Assembly: GCA_963727505.1 (NCBI GenBank) | Contig: CAVSGP010000004.1 | Location: forward strand, 896,001 to 960,000 | DNA: 64,000 bases | Reading direction: 5' to 3' | Origin: an uncultured Trueperaceae bacterium | GTDB lineage: Bacteria; Deinococcota; Deinococci; Deinococcales; Trueperaceae | Part shown: one piece after another, positions 41,673-51,820 of the stretch | How the letters are laid out: each line of letters opens with the position of its first letter | Numbering within the stretch: position 1 is the first letter of the stretch | Notes under the pieces: generated by a model | Seen by the model: the letters and a program-made list of their open reading frames with translations, nothing else | Told to the model about the DNA's origin: nothing | Databases searched by the model: none | Position numbers and translations under genes: made by a program

Positions 41673-42316
41673 GCCACGGCATCCAGGGCGCCGCGGGCGG
41701 GGCTCCGACCCGGGCCAGGCTCCTCGAGCTGCGCCGCAGGGTCGAGGAGGCGCGGGCGGGACATGCCATGCTCGAGCGCAAACGCGAGGTGCTCCTGCGC
41801 GAGGTCTGGGGACTGCTCCGCGAACTCGGTCACGTGGAACGGGACGTACGAAGCCGCTTCGGAGCCGCCTACGCCGCCTTGCGTGAGGCGCGGTTAGCCA
41901 TGGGCAGCGAGGGGCTGGCGTGGGCCGCGCTGGCGCCCGCCGCCCGCAGCACGTGCGTCACCGAAGCTCGCTCGGTGATGGGCGTGAGCCTGCCGCTGGT
42001 GCATGTGAGTGTCACGGCCCTGCCCCTCCCCTACAGCCCCTTCGGCACCAGCATCACCATGGACCGGGCACGCCAGCGCTGGCTCGAGGTCGGAGACGTG
42101 CTCGGCTCCTGGGCGGAGACCTACAGCTCCATCTGGCGTGTCAGCGCCGAGCTGGCGCGTACCCAGCGTCGGGTGAACGCACTCGAGAAGCTGCTCATCC
42201 CTGACTACGAGGCCGCCATCCACGCCATCGAAGAGGCCCTCGAGGAACAGGAGCGCGCCACGTTCCTTCGAGGGAAGCGCGTCAAGCAAGGGAAGGAGGG
42301 CGAGCGTGAGTGGTAG
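41669..42316 (+). CDS. ntpD: V/A-type ATPase subunit D
   Basis: PTRARLL...GHAMLERKR, VMGV, TQRRVNALEKLLIP. Confidence 0.95.
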   Translation: MSHGIQGAAGGAPTRARLLELRRRVEEARAGHAMLERKREVLLREVWGLLRELGHVERDVRSRFGAAYAALREARLAMGSEGLAWAALAPAARSTCVTEARSVMGVSLPLVHVSVTALPLPYSPFGTSITMDRARQRWLEVGDVLGSWAETYSSIWRVSAELARTQRRVNALEKLLIPDYEAAIHAIEEALEEQERATFLRGKRVKQGKEGEREW

Positions 42317-42797
42317 CGTGTTCCAACGTATCCTGGTCCCGACGGACGGCTCCGAGGGCTCGATCCACGCCGCGCAGCTCGCCGTCGACATGCTCCGCGG
42401 CAGCCCCGGCACCATGGCCCTGCTGTTCGTCGTGGACGCCGCCGTCCTGAAGGAGTTGCACCGCTTCGGCGAACGCACCGAGGAGGAGGTCGAGATCGAA
42501 CTCCACGACCACGGACGGCGCTACCTCGACATGCTGCAGGCCGAGGCCGCGGCCGCGGGAGTGGGGTCCGAGACCTTCCTCCGCGAGGGCGACCCCTTCG
42601 CCGAGATCGTGGCGTTGGCCCGCGACCTCGGGGCGGACCTCATCGTCATGGGGCACGTCGGCCAGCGTGGGACCCGCCGCGTCCTGCTCGGCTCCGTCAC
42701 GCAACGCGTTCTCGATTTCGCACACTGCCCGGTGCTGGTCGTGAAGGGCGGAACGGCGGACGGCCCGGGGTCGGCACCGGCCTCCCGGAGGGCGTGA
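42306..42797 (+). CDS. Universal stress protein
   Basis: FQRILVPTDGS...DLIVMG...LLGSVTQRVL. Confidence 0.95.
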   Translation: MSGSVFQRILVPTDGSEGSIHAAQLAVDMLRGSPGTMALLFVVDAAVLKELHRFGERTEEEVEIELHDHGRRYLDMLQAEAAAAGVGSETFLREGDPFAEIVALARDLGADLIVMGHVGQRGTRRVLLGSVTQRVLDFAHCPVLVVKGGTADGPGSAPASRRA

Positions 42798-43255
42798 GCG
42801 TGAACGATCGAACCGACCTCACCTTCGACAACGACGTCGATCTGAACGATCTGGTCGCCGCCTTCGAGCGGGGCGACACCCCCGCCGGAGGGTTCTCGCA
42901 CCAGGCCCACCTGGCGGTCGCGCTGACCTACCTGGACCGCTTCGGGCTGCAAGGCGCCACCGAACGCATGCGGGCGGCGCTGCTGCGGTTCCTGGAGCAC
43001 GTCCTCGGCGACCGTACCGCGGCGGAGGTGAAGTACCGCGAGACGGTCACGGTGTTCTGGCTCCGTCTGCTCGCCGCGGAGCTCGCCTCCACGGATCGCT
43101 CGCGCCCCCTCCACGAGCGTGTCAACCCTCTGCTAGCCCGCTACCGCGACGCCGCGACCATCCGCGAGTACTACACCCAGCGGCGCCTGGAGAGCGAAGA
43201 GGCCCGTCGGCACTTCGTCGAGCCCGACCGCAAGCCGTTGCCGCCCATGGTGTGA
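42794..43255 (+). CDS. Hypothetical protein
   Basis: FSHQAHL..A..Y, KYRETVTVFW, FVEPD motifs; GTGA-coupled to the USP. Confidence 0.75.
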   Translation: MSVNDRTDLTFDNDVDLNDLVAAFERGDTPAGGFSHQAHLAVALTYLDRFGLQGATERMRAALLRFLEHVLGDRTAAEVKYRETVTVFWLRLLAAELASTDRSRPLHERVNPLLARYRDAATIREYYTQRRLESEEARRHFVEPDRKPLPPMV

Positions 43256-43311
43256 TGGGGCATCTCGCAAGAGCGCTCGCCCCGCCGGGGTCGGGCCGGG
43301 GAGAGGTCTGC

Positions 43312-44286
43312 ATGCACATCCTGATTCTCGGTGGCACACGCTTCGTTGGCCTCCACATCGCGCTGGAAGCGCTGGCGCGCGGTCATCGGGTCGACGCCTT
43401 CCACCGCGGCCGTAGCGTCACGCCGCAGGGCGCCACGCCGCTGCTGGGCGACCGCGACGGCGACCTGTCGGCGTTGGAAGCGGGCCACTGGGACGTCGTC
43501 GTCGACGTGAGCGGATACCTGCCGCGGCAGGTGCGGGACGCCGCGAGGACGTTGCGCGAGCGGGCCCAACGCTACCTGTTCATCTCGACCTGCGCGGTGT
43601 ACGCGAGCGTCGACGCGCCCGCCCGGGACGTCGGCTCGCCCCTGCGCACGCTCGACGACCCGACCACCGAGACCATCGACGCCGTCACCTACGGCGGCCT
43701 CAAGGTGCTGTGCGAGCGGGAGGCGGAAGCGGCGTTCGCGGACCGCAGCCTCGCCATCCGCCCCACCTACGTGGTGGGACCGGACGACACCACCGACCGC
43801 TTCACGTACTGGCTGCGGCGGGTCCGGAGCGGCGGCGCCTTCGCAGCGCCCATCGACCCCGCGCTCCCGCTGGCCTTCATCGACGTACGCGATCTGGCCC
43901 GCTTCACCATCGACCAGGCGGAGGGCGAGGCGCTGGGCGCGGTGAACGTGTCCGGGCCGGCCGAGCCGACGACCTGGGGAGCGGTGCTTCGGGAGGTGGC
44001 CGGCGTGACGGACAGCGACGCCCGCCCGGCGTGGGTGCCGCTCGAGCGCCTCGACGCCCTGGACCTGCCGCGGAGCAGCCTTCCGATGGTCACTCCCTTC
44101 CCCTTCCGGGGTGGCGAGCCCTACGCCACGGGGCGGGCGGTGGCCCTGGGTCTCCGGTTCACGCCGCTCGCCGACACGGTCCGGGACACACTCGCCTGGC
44201 ACGACGACCACGGCAGGGAGCATGCGGGGCTCCAGCCCCACGACGAGCGTCGCCTGCTGGCCGCCGGCCATTCTTCCCCCGGCTAG
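43312..44286 (+). CDS. NAD-dependent epimerase/dehydratase family protein
   Basis: ILILGGTRFVG, YGGLK, IRPTYVVGP, DRFTYW, IDVRDLA. Confidence 0.9.
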   Translation: MHILILGGTRFVGLHIALEALARGHRVDAFHRGRSVTPQGATPLLGDRDGDLSALEAGHWDVVVDVSGYLPRQVRDAARTLRERAQRYLFISTCAVYASVDAPARDVGSPLRTLDDPTTETIDAVTYGGLKVLCEREAEAAFADRSLAIRPTYVVGPDDTTDRFTYWLRRVRSGGAFAAPIDPALPLAFIDVRDLARFTIDQAEGEALGAVNVSGPAEPTTWGAVLREVAGVTDSDARPAWVPLERLDALDLPRSSLPMVTPFPFRGGEPYATGRAVALGLRFTPLADTVRDTLAWHDDHGREHAGLQPHDERRLLAAGHSSPG

Positions 44287-44307
44287 CGGCGGCGGCCGTC
44301 AGAGGAA

Positions 44308-44640
44308 CTACCTCGTCGGGGCCGCTTCGACCTCGAGGTCGGGCTCCTTGCTGTCCTGGATGACCTGGTGGACCTCCAGCCGGCTCTCGCCCGTCGGCGT
44401 GGCGCGGGCGTTGGCATGCGCCTTCTTGAACGAGTCCGAACGGGTCCATGCCTCGAACGCCTCGCGGCTCGCCCAGGTGGTCAGCACCACGTACGGGTCG
44501 CCCTCCCGGGTCGGCCGCAGGACCTGGTTGCGGATGAACCCCGGCGTCTCGTCGACGTGCCCCGCCCGTTGACGGAACGCGCGCTCGAACGCCTCGGCGT
44601 TCTCGGGCGCGACCTGGATGCGATTGGCAACAGTGATCAT
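44308..44640 (-). CDS. ABM-family monooxygenase, IsdG/HmoA-like heme-degrading candidate
   Basis: MITVANRI (Asn), FEAWTRS (Trp), KKAHA (His). Confidence 0.8.
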   Translation of the reverse strand: MITVANRIQVAPENAEAFERAFRQRAGHVDETPGFIRNQVLRPTREGDPYVVLTTWASREAFEAWTRSDSFKKAHANARATPTGESRLEVHQVIQDSKEPDLEVEAAPTR

Positions 44641-44757
44641 TCGAATGCCTTCCTCCCCGGCCGCGAGCGGCCGATCCTCCGGTTGTACCGTCACGACCTC
44701 GCCTTCGAACGTCGCCGAGACGTCGGCGATCCGCACCGGGATGTAGGTTGGGAAGCC

Positions 44758-45519
44758 ATGCGCACCCCCTTCGCGGTCCTGCTGGCCGAGTTCCTCGGCA
44801 CCGCCGTCCTGCTCGCGGTGGGGCTCTCCTGCGTGATCGTCGACTTCGGGAGCGGCAGCCCGGTCGTCCGCCTCCTCCCCGAACCGTGGCTGCGGCGGCT
44901 GGTGACGGGCCTACTGTTCGGCTCGACCGGAGGGCTGATCGCCGCCTCCTGGGTCGGGCGCGTCAGCGGCGCCCACATCAATCCCGTGGTGTCCCTGGCG
45001 TTCTGGTGGCGCGGCACCCTGAAGGGGCAGCACGTTCCGGGCTACCTCCTCGCGCAGCTGCTGGGGGGTGCGGCCGGCGCGGTCCCGCTGCTGCTGTGGG
45101 GTCGCCTCGGATCGAGCGTCGACTACGGCGCCACCGTCCCGGGCGCCTGGGGCCCCTGGGGTGCGGTAGCGGGCGAGACGCTGACCACCCTGGCCCTCGT
45201 CGCCGGCCTCTTCGTGTTCACGGGTCACCGCTCGCTGCGCCGCTTCACCCCCCTTCTCATGCCTGCCCTGTACGCGGTGATGGTCGCGTTGGAGGCCCCG
45301 ATCTCCGGGACCAGCACCAACCCCGCCCGCAGCCTGGGGCCCGCCCTCGTGGCAGGACAGTGGAGGGACTTCTGGGTCTACGTCGTCGGGCCTTCGATCG
45401 GTGCCGCGCTGGCCGTGCTGCTGTTCCGATTCCGCTTGCTGCGCCGCTTCGAGTCCGAAGTGGCCAAGCTCTACCACTTCGAGGTCGATCTGCACGGCAT
45501 CTTCGGGCGCATCCGGTGA
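44758..45519 (+). CDS. MIP/aquaporin family channel
   Basis: AEFLGT, SGAHINPV and STNPARSLGPA boxes. Confidence 0.92.
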   Translation: MRTPFAVLLAEFLGTAVLLAVGLSCVIVDFGSGSPVVRLLPEPWLRRLVTGLLFGSTGGLIAASWVGRVSGAHINPVVSLAFWWRGTLKGQHVPGYLLAQLLGGAAGAVPLLLWGRLGSSVDYGATVPGAWGPWGAVAGETLTTLALVAGLFVFTGHRSLRRFTPLLMPALYAVMVALEAPISGTSTNPARSLGPALVAGQWRDFWVYVVGPSIGAALAVLLFRFRLLRRFESEVAKLYHFEVDLHGIFGRIR

Positions 45520-45885
45520 CGAGCCCGGCCCCACGCCGGGAACCTCGTCGCCTCCGCGCTGCACGCCCCGCCTTTCCTCCCCACGGCAACCTCCGCCGGG
45601 AGATCCGGCGCCCCTCGTTCTCCTGACAAGGCCCCGGGCGCGCAGCGCGGGGTTGCGGCCGAAGAACGCACCCCGGGGCCTTCCAGGACGACCTCCGCAA
45701 CTTCATGAACCGGCCCGGTCGCCGGGATTCGTAAGGTGAGGGCTTGCTGAGAGGGCTCCACACCCTTATGGTTGGCTCATAAGCCGAGTAAGCGAAAACC
45801 GCTTGCCCGACTTTCCCTGGCCGGGGGCCAAATCGAAGGGAGAGTGGCAATGATGTCGTCCTATGCCAGAACGACGTCTGTAGGC

Positions 45886-46392
45886 ATGCGTAAGGTTCGT
45901 CTCATCGCGTTGGCTGTGGTCTTCGCGGGCCTGTTCGTGGCAGGCTCGGCGGCGTTCGCTCAGAGCGGGAACGTCGAGAAGTACTCCATCGTGATGAAGG
46001 ATTACAGCTACACGCCCAACACCATGACGTGGCACGTCGGGGACACGGTCCAGATCACCCTCAAGAACGAGTCCACCGACAAGGATCACGAGCTGCTCAT
46101 GGGCAAGGACGTCAACTACAGCACCGACAGCTTCGGGAAGAAGTTCCCCGACGGCTGGAAGACTCCTCTATTCACCGATGCGAGTCAGATCAGCTTCGGT
46201 CAGGGCACCGGCGTCGCCGAATTGCGCGCCGACGGCCCCGAGACCGTGGCGCTCGAGCCCAAGGGCGGCACGGTGACGTACACCTTGGTGGTGCCCGACA
46301 AGGTGGGCACCTGGCAGTTCGGCTGCTTCGAAGAGAACGGCTCGCACTTCGGCGACCACAACATGAAGGGCACGATCAATATCGTGAATTGA
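45886..46392 (+). CDS. Exported cupredoxin (type-1 copper) domain protein
   Basis: Signal peptide ending AFAQ; DHELLM and GCFEENGSH...MKG ligands; start may be 45850. Confidence 0.8.
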   Translation: MRKVRLIALAVVFAGLFVAGSAAFAQSGNVEKYSIVMKDYSYTPNTMTWHVGDTVQITLKNESTDKDHELLMGKDVNYSTDSFGKKFPDGWKTPLFTDASQISFGQGTGVAELRADGPETVALEPKGGTVTYTLVVPDKVGTWQFGCFEENGSHFGDHNMKGTINIVN

Positions 46393-46423
46393 TCCCACCG
46401 CCCTGTTCGGGCAACGGGAACCG

Positions 46424-46453
46424 CGCGCGCCGGGGCATCCGCCCCGGCGCGCG
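46424..46453 (+). terminator. Hairpin after the cupredoxin gene
   Basis: CGCGCGCCGGGGC-ATCC-GCCCCGGCGCGCG then TT. Confidence 0.6.
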
Positions 46454-46536
46454 TTCGCTATGATGTGAGCCGTTCGCAAGGCTCATCCGCGGCCCACGCT
46501 CACGGGGCCGTTCCGCCTGAGAGGGTGCACGTGCCA

Positions 46537-47493
46537 ATGGGACGCATCGCTGTCTTCGGCAGCCTCAACGTGGACCTGGTTACGCGGCTCGAACGCTTCC
46601 CGGACCCGGGAGAGACGGTAGCGGCCCGCGACTTCGCCATGTACCCGGGGGGCAAGGGCGCCAACCAGGCCGTCGCATGCGGCAAGCTCGGGGCGGACGT
46701 CGCCATGTACGGGAAGCTCGGCGCCGATGCGCTCGCCGAGCGCCTCCACGCTTCGCTCGAGGGTGCCGGCGTCCTGACCCACGCCTTGCAGACGGTCGAG
46801 GACGCCGCCACCGGTACCGCCGACATCTGGGTGGAGGACTCCGGCGAGAACATGATCGCCATCGCAGCCGGCGCGAACGGTCGCGTCGATGCCGCTTACG
46901 TCGACCGGCACCTCGAGGCGCTGGCGGACGCCGACTACCTGCTGCTCCAACTCGAGGTCCCCATCGCCGGCCTGGCACACCTACTTGCGTGCCTGCCCCC
47001 TTCCGGCGGCCCGCGGGTCATCCTGGACCCGGCACCTGCTCGGCCGCTCGACGACCTCCCCAGGGGGAGCGTCTGGATGGTGACACCCAACGAGCACGAG
47101 CTGGCCAGGCTCACGGGCATGCCGACGACCGACGGTCCCGCGGTACGCGCCGCGGCGCACGCTCTCGGCGAGCACACCGGCGTCGAGGTCGTGGTGGTGA
47201 AGGCGGGCGCCCGCGGCGCCTTCGTCAGCGCCGCGGGGCGTTTCGAGGCCGTCCCGGGCTACCGCGTCGACGCGGTGGATACCACGGCGGCCGGGGACGC
47301 CTTCAACGGCGCGCTGGCGGCCGCGCTGGCCGGGGCGGTGGGCGAACGGAGCGGGCTCGACGAGGCCGTGCGCTTCGCGCATGCCGCAGCCGCCGTCGCC
47401 GTGACGCGCCCCGGGGCGCAGCCCGCCATGGCGTCGCGCGAGGACGTCGAGGCATTCTTGAGGCAACATCCGGCCGGCGCTTCCGGCCGCTGA
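46537..47493 (+). CDS. rbsK: Ribokinase
   Basis: GSLNVD, PGGKGANQA, PNEHE, DTTAAGDAFNG. Confidence 0.93.
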   Translation: MGRIAVFGSLNVDLVTRLERFPDPGETVAARDFAMYPGGKGANQAVACGKLGADVAMYGKLGADALAERLHASLEGAGVLTHALQTVEDAATGTADIWVEDSGENMIAIAAGANGRVDAAYVDRHLEALADADYLLLQLEVPIAGLAHLLACLPPSGGPRVILDPAPARPLDDLPRGSVWMVTPNEHELARLTGMPTTDGPAVRAAAHALGEHTGVEVVVVKAGARGAFVSAAGRFEAVPGYRVDAVDTTAAGDAFNGALAAALAGAVGERSGLDEAVRFAHAAAAVAVTRPGAQPAMASREDVEAFLRQHPAGASGR

Positions 47494-47504
47494 CGGGGGT
47501 GGGT

Positions 47505-47900
47505 ATGAAGAAGCGGGGCATCCTGAACGCGCAGTTGAGCGGGCTGCTGGCGACGCTGGGGCACACCGACCAGCTCGTGGTGGCCGATTGCGGGCTCCCG
47601 GTGCCGCCCGAGGTGCCCGTGGTGGACCTCGCGCTGGTGCAGGGCGTCCCACGCTTCGCGGAGGTCGTGGCGGCCCTCGCGGACGAGCTCGTGGTGCAGC
47701 GCCTGACGGTGGCGGAGGAAGCGGTGCAGCACAACCCCAGGGCCCTCGACGCGGTGCGTGCCGCGTTCCCGGACGTGCCACTCGACCGCGTGCCTCACGA
47801 GCAATTGAAGCACGAGCTGCCCGTCGTGAAGGCGGTGGTGCGCACGGGCGAGGCGACCCCTTACGCCAACGTCATCCTGGAGTGCGGCGTCGCCTTCTGA
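47505..47900 (+). CDS. rbsD: D-ribose pyranase
   Basis: MKKRGILN, LGHTD, RTGEATPYANVILECGVAF. Confidence 0.95.
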   Translation: MKKRGILNAQLSGLLATLGHTDQLVVADCGLPVPPEVPVVDLALVQGVPRFAEVVAALADELVVQRLTVAEEAVQHNPRALDAVRAAFPDVPLDRVPHEQLKHELPVVKAVVRTGEATPYANVILECGVAF

Positions 47901-48114
47901 GGCGCCCGCGGGCAGCGCCTTGCCGACGCCGCGCGCTGCTGCGAGGCGCGCTCCGATGAGCGCTCTCGCGGCCGTGTGCCGCGGACACGCTCCTGCCGGC
48001 AACTCCCGCTCATCCAGGTGCCGACACGTCTCAGCTAACGCTCATCTACTTCCGTGTGGAACGGTATTCAGCTTGGCTTCAGCTTGCGGGGGCATGCTTG
48101 CGCCGGTGATAGCC

Positions 48115-48789
48115 ATGAAAAGAACCCTTACCCTACTGTTCGCCCTCCTCGCCCTCGGCACCATCGCCCTCGCCGCCTCCCTGCCCAACAGCGGGACGGT
48201 CACCGTCACGAACGACTCCGGCACCCAGGTCGGGACCGGGACCATCAGCAACGGCCAGCTGTCGCTCTCGCTCGACAGCGGCACCAGCGGTTTCGTGACC
48301 ATCACGGTCACCGATGCCAACGGCAACACCCAGACGTTCGACGCCATGGTCAAGGCCGGCGGCAAGGTCACCGTCGTCGACGGCAAGCAGTTCAGCAATC
48401 TGCCGGACTTCGCCAAGAGCGGCGGCGTGGACAGCGTCGACGTCACCGAGAGCAGCGACAACCACGCCTCCACGACTGGCCAGCAAGCGAAGCAGGGCAA
48501 CGCTGCCGCCCCCAGCCAGGAGGAGCAGAGCTCCCAGGCCGGCGATCACAGCCAGGGCAACGGCCAGGTGAGCGGCAGCCAGCAACCCGGCAAGGACGAC
48601 AGCGCCGGGTCGAAGGACTCCAGTTCTGCAGACTCCAGTTCCGACACCAGCGCGTCCAACGAGACCGAGACCTCTGCCGGCGACGACCAGGTGAAGGTCG
48701 GCACGAACCTGACAACCGGCACCAAGACCGGCTCGGGCTCGACCTCCACGGACACCAGCGCCAGCGGAACGGCCTCCACCGACGACTGA
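48115..48789 (+). CDS. Secreted beta-rich protein with a S/T/D/Q-rich disordered tail
   Basis: MKRTLTLLFALLALG signal peptide; low-complexity C-terminal half. Confidence 0.75.
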   Translation: MKRTLTLLFALLALGTIALAASLPNSGTVTVTNDSGTQVGTGTISNGQLSLSLDSGTSGFVTITVTDANGNTQTFDAMVKAGGKVTVVDGKQFSNLPDFAKSGGVDSVDVTESSDNHASTTGQQAKQGNAAAPSQEEQSSQAGDHSQGNGQVSGSQQPGKDDSAGSKDSSSADSSSDTSASNETETSAGDDQVKVGTNLTTGTKTGSGSTSTDTSASGTASTDD

Positions 48790-48940
48790 CCCATCCCCAG
48801 CGTAGGGGCCGCCTCCTTGCGGCCCCCCGGGAGCCGCACCTCCCGAGCCTGCGAGCGCCGCGTCCGCCTTCCGGACGCGGCGCTCGCCGTTGCGCGGAAA
48901 GGCGCCTTCGCGGGGCCGGGCTCACCGGCAGCGCTCGGGC

Positions 48941-50986
48941 TCAGCGGGCGCGGGCGGTCGGCGCCAGCCGTTCCAGCGCCTGACGTTCGATAGCGTCGTC
49001 GAGGGGCGCCAACGCCTCCCAGCCGAGCCGCTCGGCGATCCAGCCGAGCAGCAGGTCGGCAAGCCACGGGTTGCGTGCCAGCACGGGGCCGTGCAGGTAG
49101 GTGCCGATGGCGTGACCGTGTACCACGCCCTCGTCGGCCACGCCCTCGAAGGCGTTGCCGTGCCCCTGGACGACCCGGCCGAGCGGCGTACCGCCGTGCA
49201 GGCGCGTGTGTCCGCCGTGATTCTCGAAACCCACCAGCAGGTCGTTCACGAACGGGCTCTCGACCAGCATGCGGCCCACCAGCCGGGGAGAACCGCGCGA
49301 GGTGGTGACCGGAAGAAGCCCGAGGCCCTTGACCGGCCGGCCGTCCACCTCGAAGCTCTCGCCGAGCAACTGGTAGCCGCCGCACACCACCAGAGCCGCA
49401 GCGCCGTCGTCGAGCAGCGCGCCGATCTCCGCGGCGTGACGGCGGAGATCGCTCATGATCAGCCCCTGCGCCAGATCCTCCCCGCCACCCATCACGACGG
49501 CGTCGACGTCCTTGGGCCAGCGGTCGCCCACGTCGACGCGCAGCACCTCCGCACCGAGACTGCGCCACGCGAGCCGCCGGCGAAGCACCTCGAGGTTGCC
49601 GCCGTCACCGTAGGTGCCCATCTGGTCGGGGTAGAGCCAGGCGATGCGGGCCGGTCGGCCGGTGATGTGCGCACGGCGGGCCGCCGAGGCAGTCGACGCC
49701 TCCCCCTGTGGCAGCGCGATCCCGGCCGCCGGCGCTGCCGCCGGCGGCTTGTCCAGCAGCTGGTGGGCCTGCTTGAGGTTGGTGTAGGTGGACAGCACCA
49801 GCACCGAGCCACCGACCGGCGCCCCGCGAACGGCGACCGTGAGGGCCTCGTGCAACGTAGGGAACGCTGCGGCGTCCGGACGCGGGTCCAGGTAGCGCAT
49901 GCGGATCAGGAACTCCAGGGCCCGGGTCCCTCCGACCGCGACGCGCCCGAGCTCGACGGGGTAGCGGGCGTCCCACAGCCACGACACGTCGACGCCGTCG
50001 GCCGAGCCGTCGTTGATGAGGAACGCGTGCGCGTCGGCGCGTTCCTGTGCAAGGTTCCAGCTCATGCTGGCCGGGTTCTTGACCAGGGCGAGGCTGACCT
50101 GGCGGTCCAGGATCGTGCGCACCTCTCCCCTGCCGCCGACCGTGCCGGGCCAGGCCTCGAGCCGCGGTTCGACCCCCAGCGCCATCGCGGCAGCCAGGGC
50201 AGCCGTAGCGCTGTACGGATGCAGGTAGGGAGGGAGCGGGGGGTACGTTCTCCCGTCCATCGTCAGACCGGCGTCCCCTAGGGTGGCCTCGTAGGGCGTG
50301 GTCGGGTTGGTGAAGCCGCATGCGTCGCAGCGGTAGCGACCGAGGTGCGCGTAGTAGCGCTCGCTGTAGTTGAGCTCCCCACCGCATACCGGACAGGCAG
50401 GGATGTCACTGGGGACCTCCATCGGAGGCAGGGCCGCCCGGAAAGCGAGGCTCCGCCCCTCCACCGCCAGGCTGGCGACCAGCGGGTCGTCACCGTTCAG
50501 CAGCAGCCGGGCCTCGGGCAAGCTAGCGATCGCCCGCTCCAGGTGCCCGCGCGTCGTGCGCACCTCCCCGAAGCGGTCGAGCTGGTCGCGGAACAGCCCG
50601 GTGATGATCACCAGGTGGGGCGCCAGGGCCGGCGCGAGCTTGGGGAACGCCGCCTCGTCGACCTCCATCACCAGCGCGTCGCCGGGCCCCTCCAGGAGCG
50701 CCGCCGCGATGCCCTGGTGCAGGTTGGCGCCCTCCTCGTTGGCCACCACGGCGCGCCCGTCCCGCTCGAGCAGGTGACGTAGCAACGTCATCGTGGAGGT
50801 CTTGCCGTTCGTCCCGGTGATGACCACCCGCAACGGGTAGCGCGCCGCGGCGCGCTCCACGAAATCCGGGTCGAGCTTCACCGCCACCCAACCGGGCAGG
50901 GTGGTGCCGCCGCCCGGTCGCACGCGCCGGAGCACACTCTTCGCCACACGCCCCATCAGGGGCGCCAATGCTCGCCAAGCCGTCAA
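48941..50986 (-). CDS. Fused MurT-GatD (lipid II isoglutaminyl synthase-like)
   Basis: GGTTLPG, TGTNGKTST, FRDQLDRFGE, CPVC...CDAC, VKNP, DVSWLWD (MurT) continuing in frame into YGDGGN, VCGGYQLLG, GFENHGG, GTYLHGP (GatD); TTG start 50986 or ATG 50956. Confidence 0.9.
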   Translation of the reverse strand: MTAWRALAPLMGRVAKSVLRRVRPGGGTTLPGWVAVKLDPDFVERAAARYPLRVVITGTNGKTSTMTLLRHLLERDGRAVVANEEGANLHQGIAAALLEGPGDALVMEVDEAAFPKLAPALAPHLVIITGLFRDQLDRFGEVRTTRGHLERAIASLPEARLLLNGDDPLVASLAVEGRSLAFRAALPPMEVPSDIPACPVCGGELNYSERYYAHLGRYRCDACGFTNPTTPYEATLGDAGLTMDGRTYPPLPPYLHPYSATAALAAAMALGVEPRLEAWPGTVGGRGEVRTILDRQVSLALVKNPASMSWNLAQERADAHAFLINDGSADGVDVSWLWDARYPVELGRVAVGGTRALEFLIRMRYLDPRPDAAAFPTLHEALTVAVRGAPVGGSVLVLSTYTNLKQAHQLLDKPPAAAPAAGIALPQGEASTASAARRAHITGRPARIAWLYPDQMGTYGDGGNLEVLRRRLAWRSLGAEVLRVDVGDRWPKDVDAVVMGGGEDLAQGLIMSDLRRHAAEIGALLDDGAAALVVCGGYQLLGESFEVDGRPVKGLGLLPVTTSRGSPRLVGRMLVESPFVNDLLVGFENHGGHTRLHGGTPLGRVVQGHGNAFEGVADEGVVHGHAIGTYLHGPVLARNPWLADLLLGWIAERLGWEALAPLDDAIERQALERLAPTARAR

Positions 50987-51235
50987 TCGACGTCCTCTCC
51001 CGCGACCCGTCGGCGCCCGACGTCGCAACGTGTCAGGGCCCCGGCGCACCGCACCGAGACCCCTGGGCGCCGCGACCCATGGGCGCGCGAGCCCGGATCC
51101 CGGGCGACGGCGCGCCCCTATGCTACGTCGGCGGGCGCCGCCGTGCCGCAGGACGCGCTGCGGCATGAGACGAGGCCCCGCCGATCGGTCGACGCGATTG
51201 CGGTCGGCAGGCGGTGCTGGTAGCCTGACGTGCAC

Positions 51236-51820
51236 ATGGGCAACAAGCCTCTTCTGGTCGCCGTCGACGTTCAGCGGCTCTACCGCGACTTCGCTCCGTG
51301 GGCGCTCGGCGGCGTGGAGGCCGTGGCGGCCACCATCGCCGGGCTGGCGGACGCGCTGCGGTGCCCGCTGCTGTGCACCCGCACCGTCCTGCCGAGCGCG
51401 CACGGCGTCCAGGACGGCCCCTGGCACGCCTACGAGGAGCGCTGGCAGACGCTGGCCGCGCGCGCCGCCGCCGAGCCGGAGATGCTCGACCCGATGCCCG
51501 CCCTGCGGCAGCGCTGCCAGGCGGTGTTCGACAAGCACACCTACTCGGCTTTCGAGGACGCCGCGTTCGACGCCCACGTGCGTGCCTTCGGCCCCTCGCC
51601 CTTGCTCCTCGCCGGCGTGGAGACCGACATCTGCGTCCTCGCCACCGTCTTCGGCGCGCTCGACCGGAACCTGCCAGTATGGCTGGTCACCGACGCCGTG
51701 GCCGGACCCGACGCGCACGCCCAGCGTGGCGTGCTGGCGACGCTGGCGCGCATGCCGGAGCAGGTGCGCCTGGTGAGCGCACGCGAGGCCGCCCTGGCGC
51801 TCGCCCCGGAGCCGTCATGA
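51236..51820 (+). CDS. Isochorismatase-family cysteine hydrolase
   Basis: VAVDVQ, FDKHTYSAF, GVETDICV (D-K-C triad). Confidence 0.88.
   Translation: MGNKPLLVAVDVQRLYRDFAPWALGGVEAVAATIAGLADALRCPLLCTRTVLPSAHGVQDGPWHAYEERWQTLAARAAAEPEMLDPMPALRQRCQAVFDKHTYSAFEDAAFDAHVRAFGPSPLLLAGVETDICVLATVFGALDRNLPVWLVTDAVAGPDAHAQRGVLATLARMPEQVRLVSAREAALALAPEPS

Noticed and set aside
50987..51718. N-terminal extension of the 925-aa MurT-GatD ORF
   Set aside because: Overlaps the isochorismatase gene on the opposite strand; MurT similarity and an RBS start near 50986
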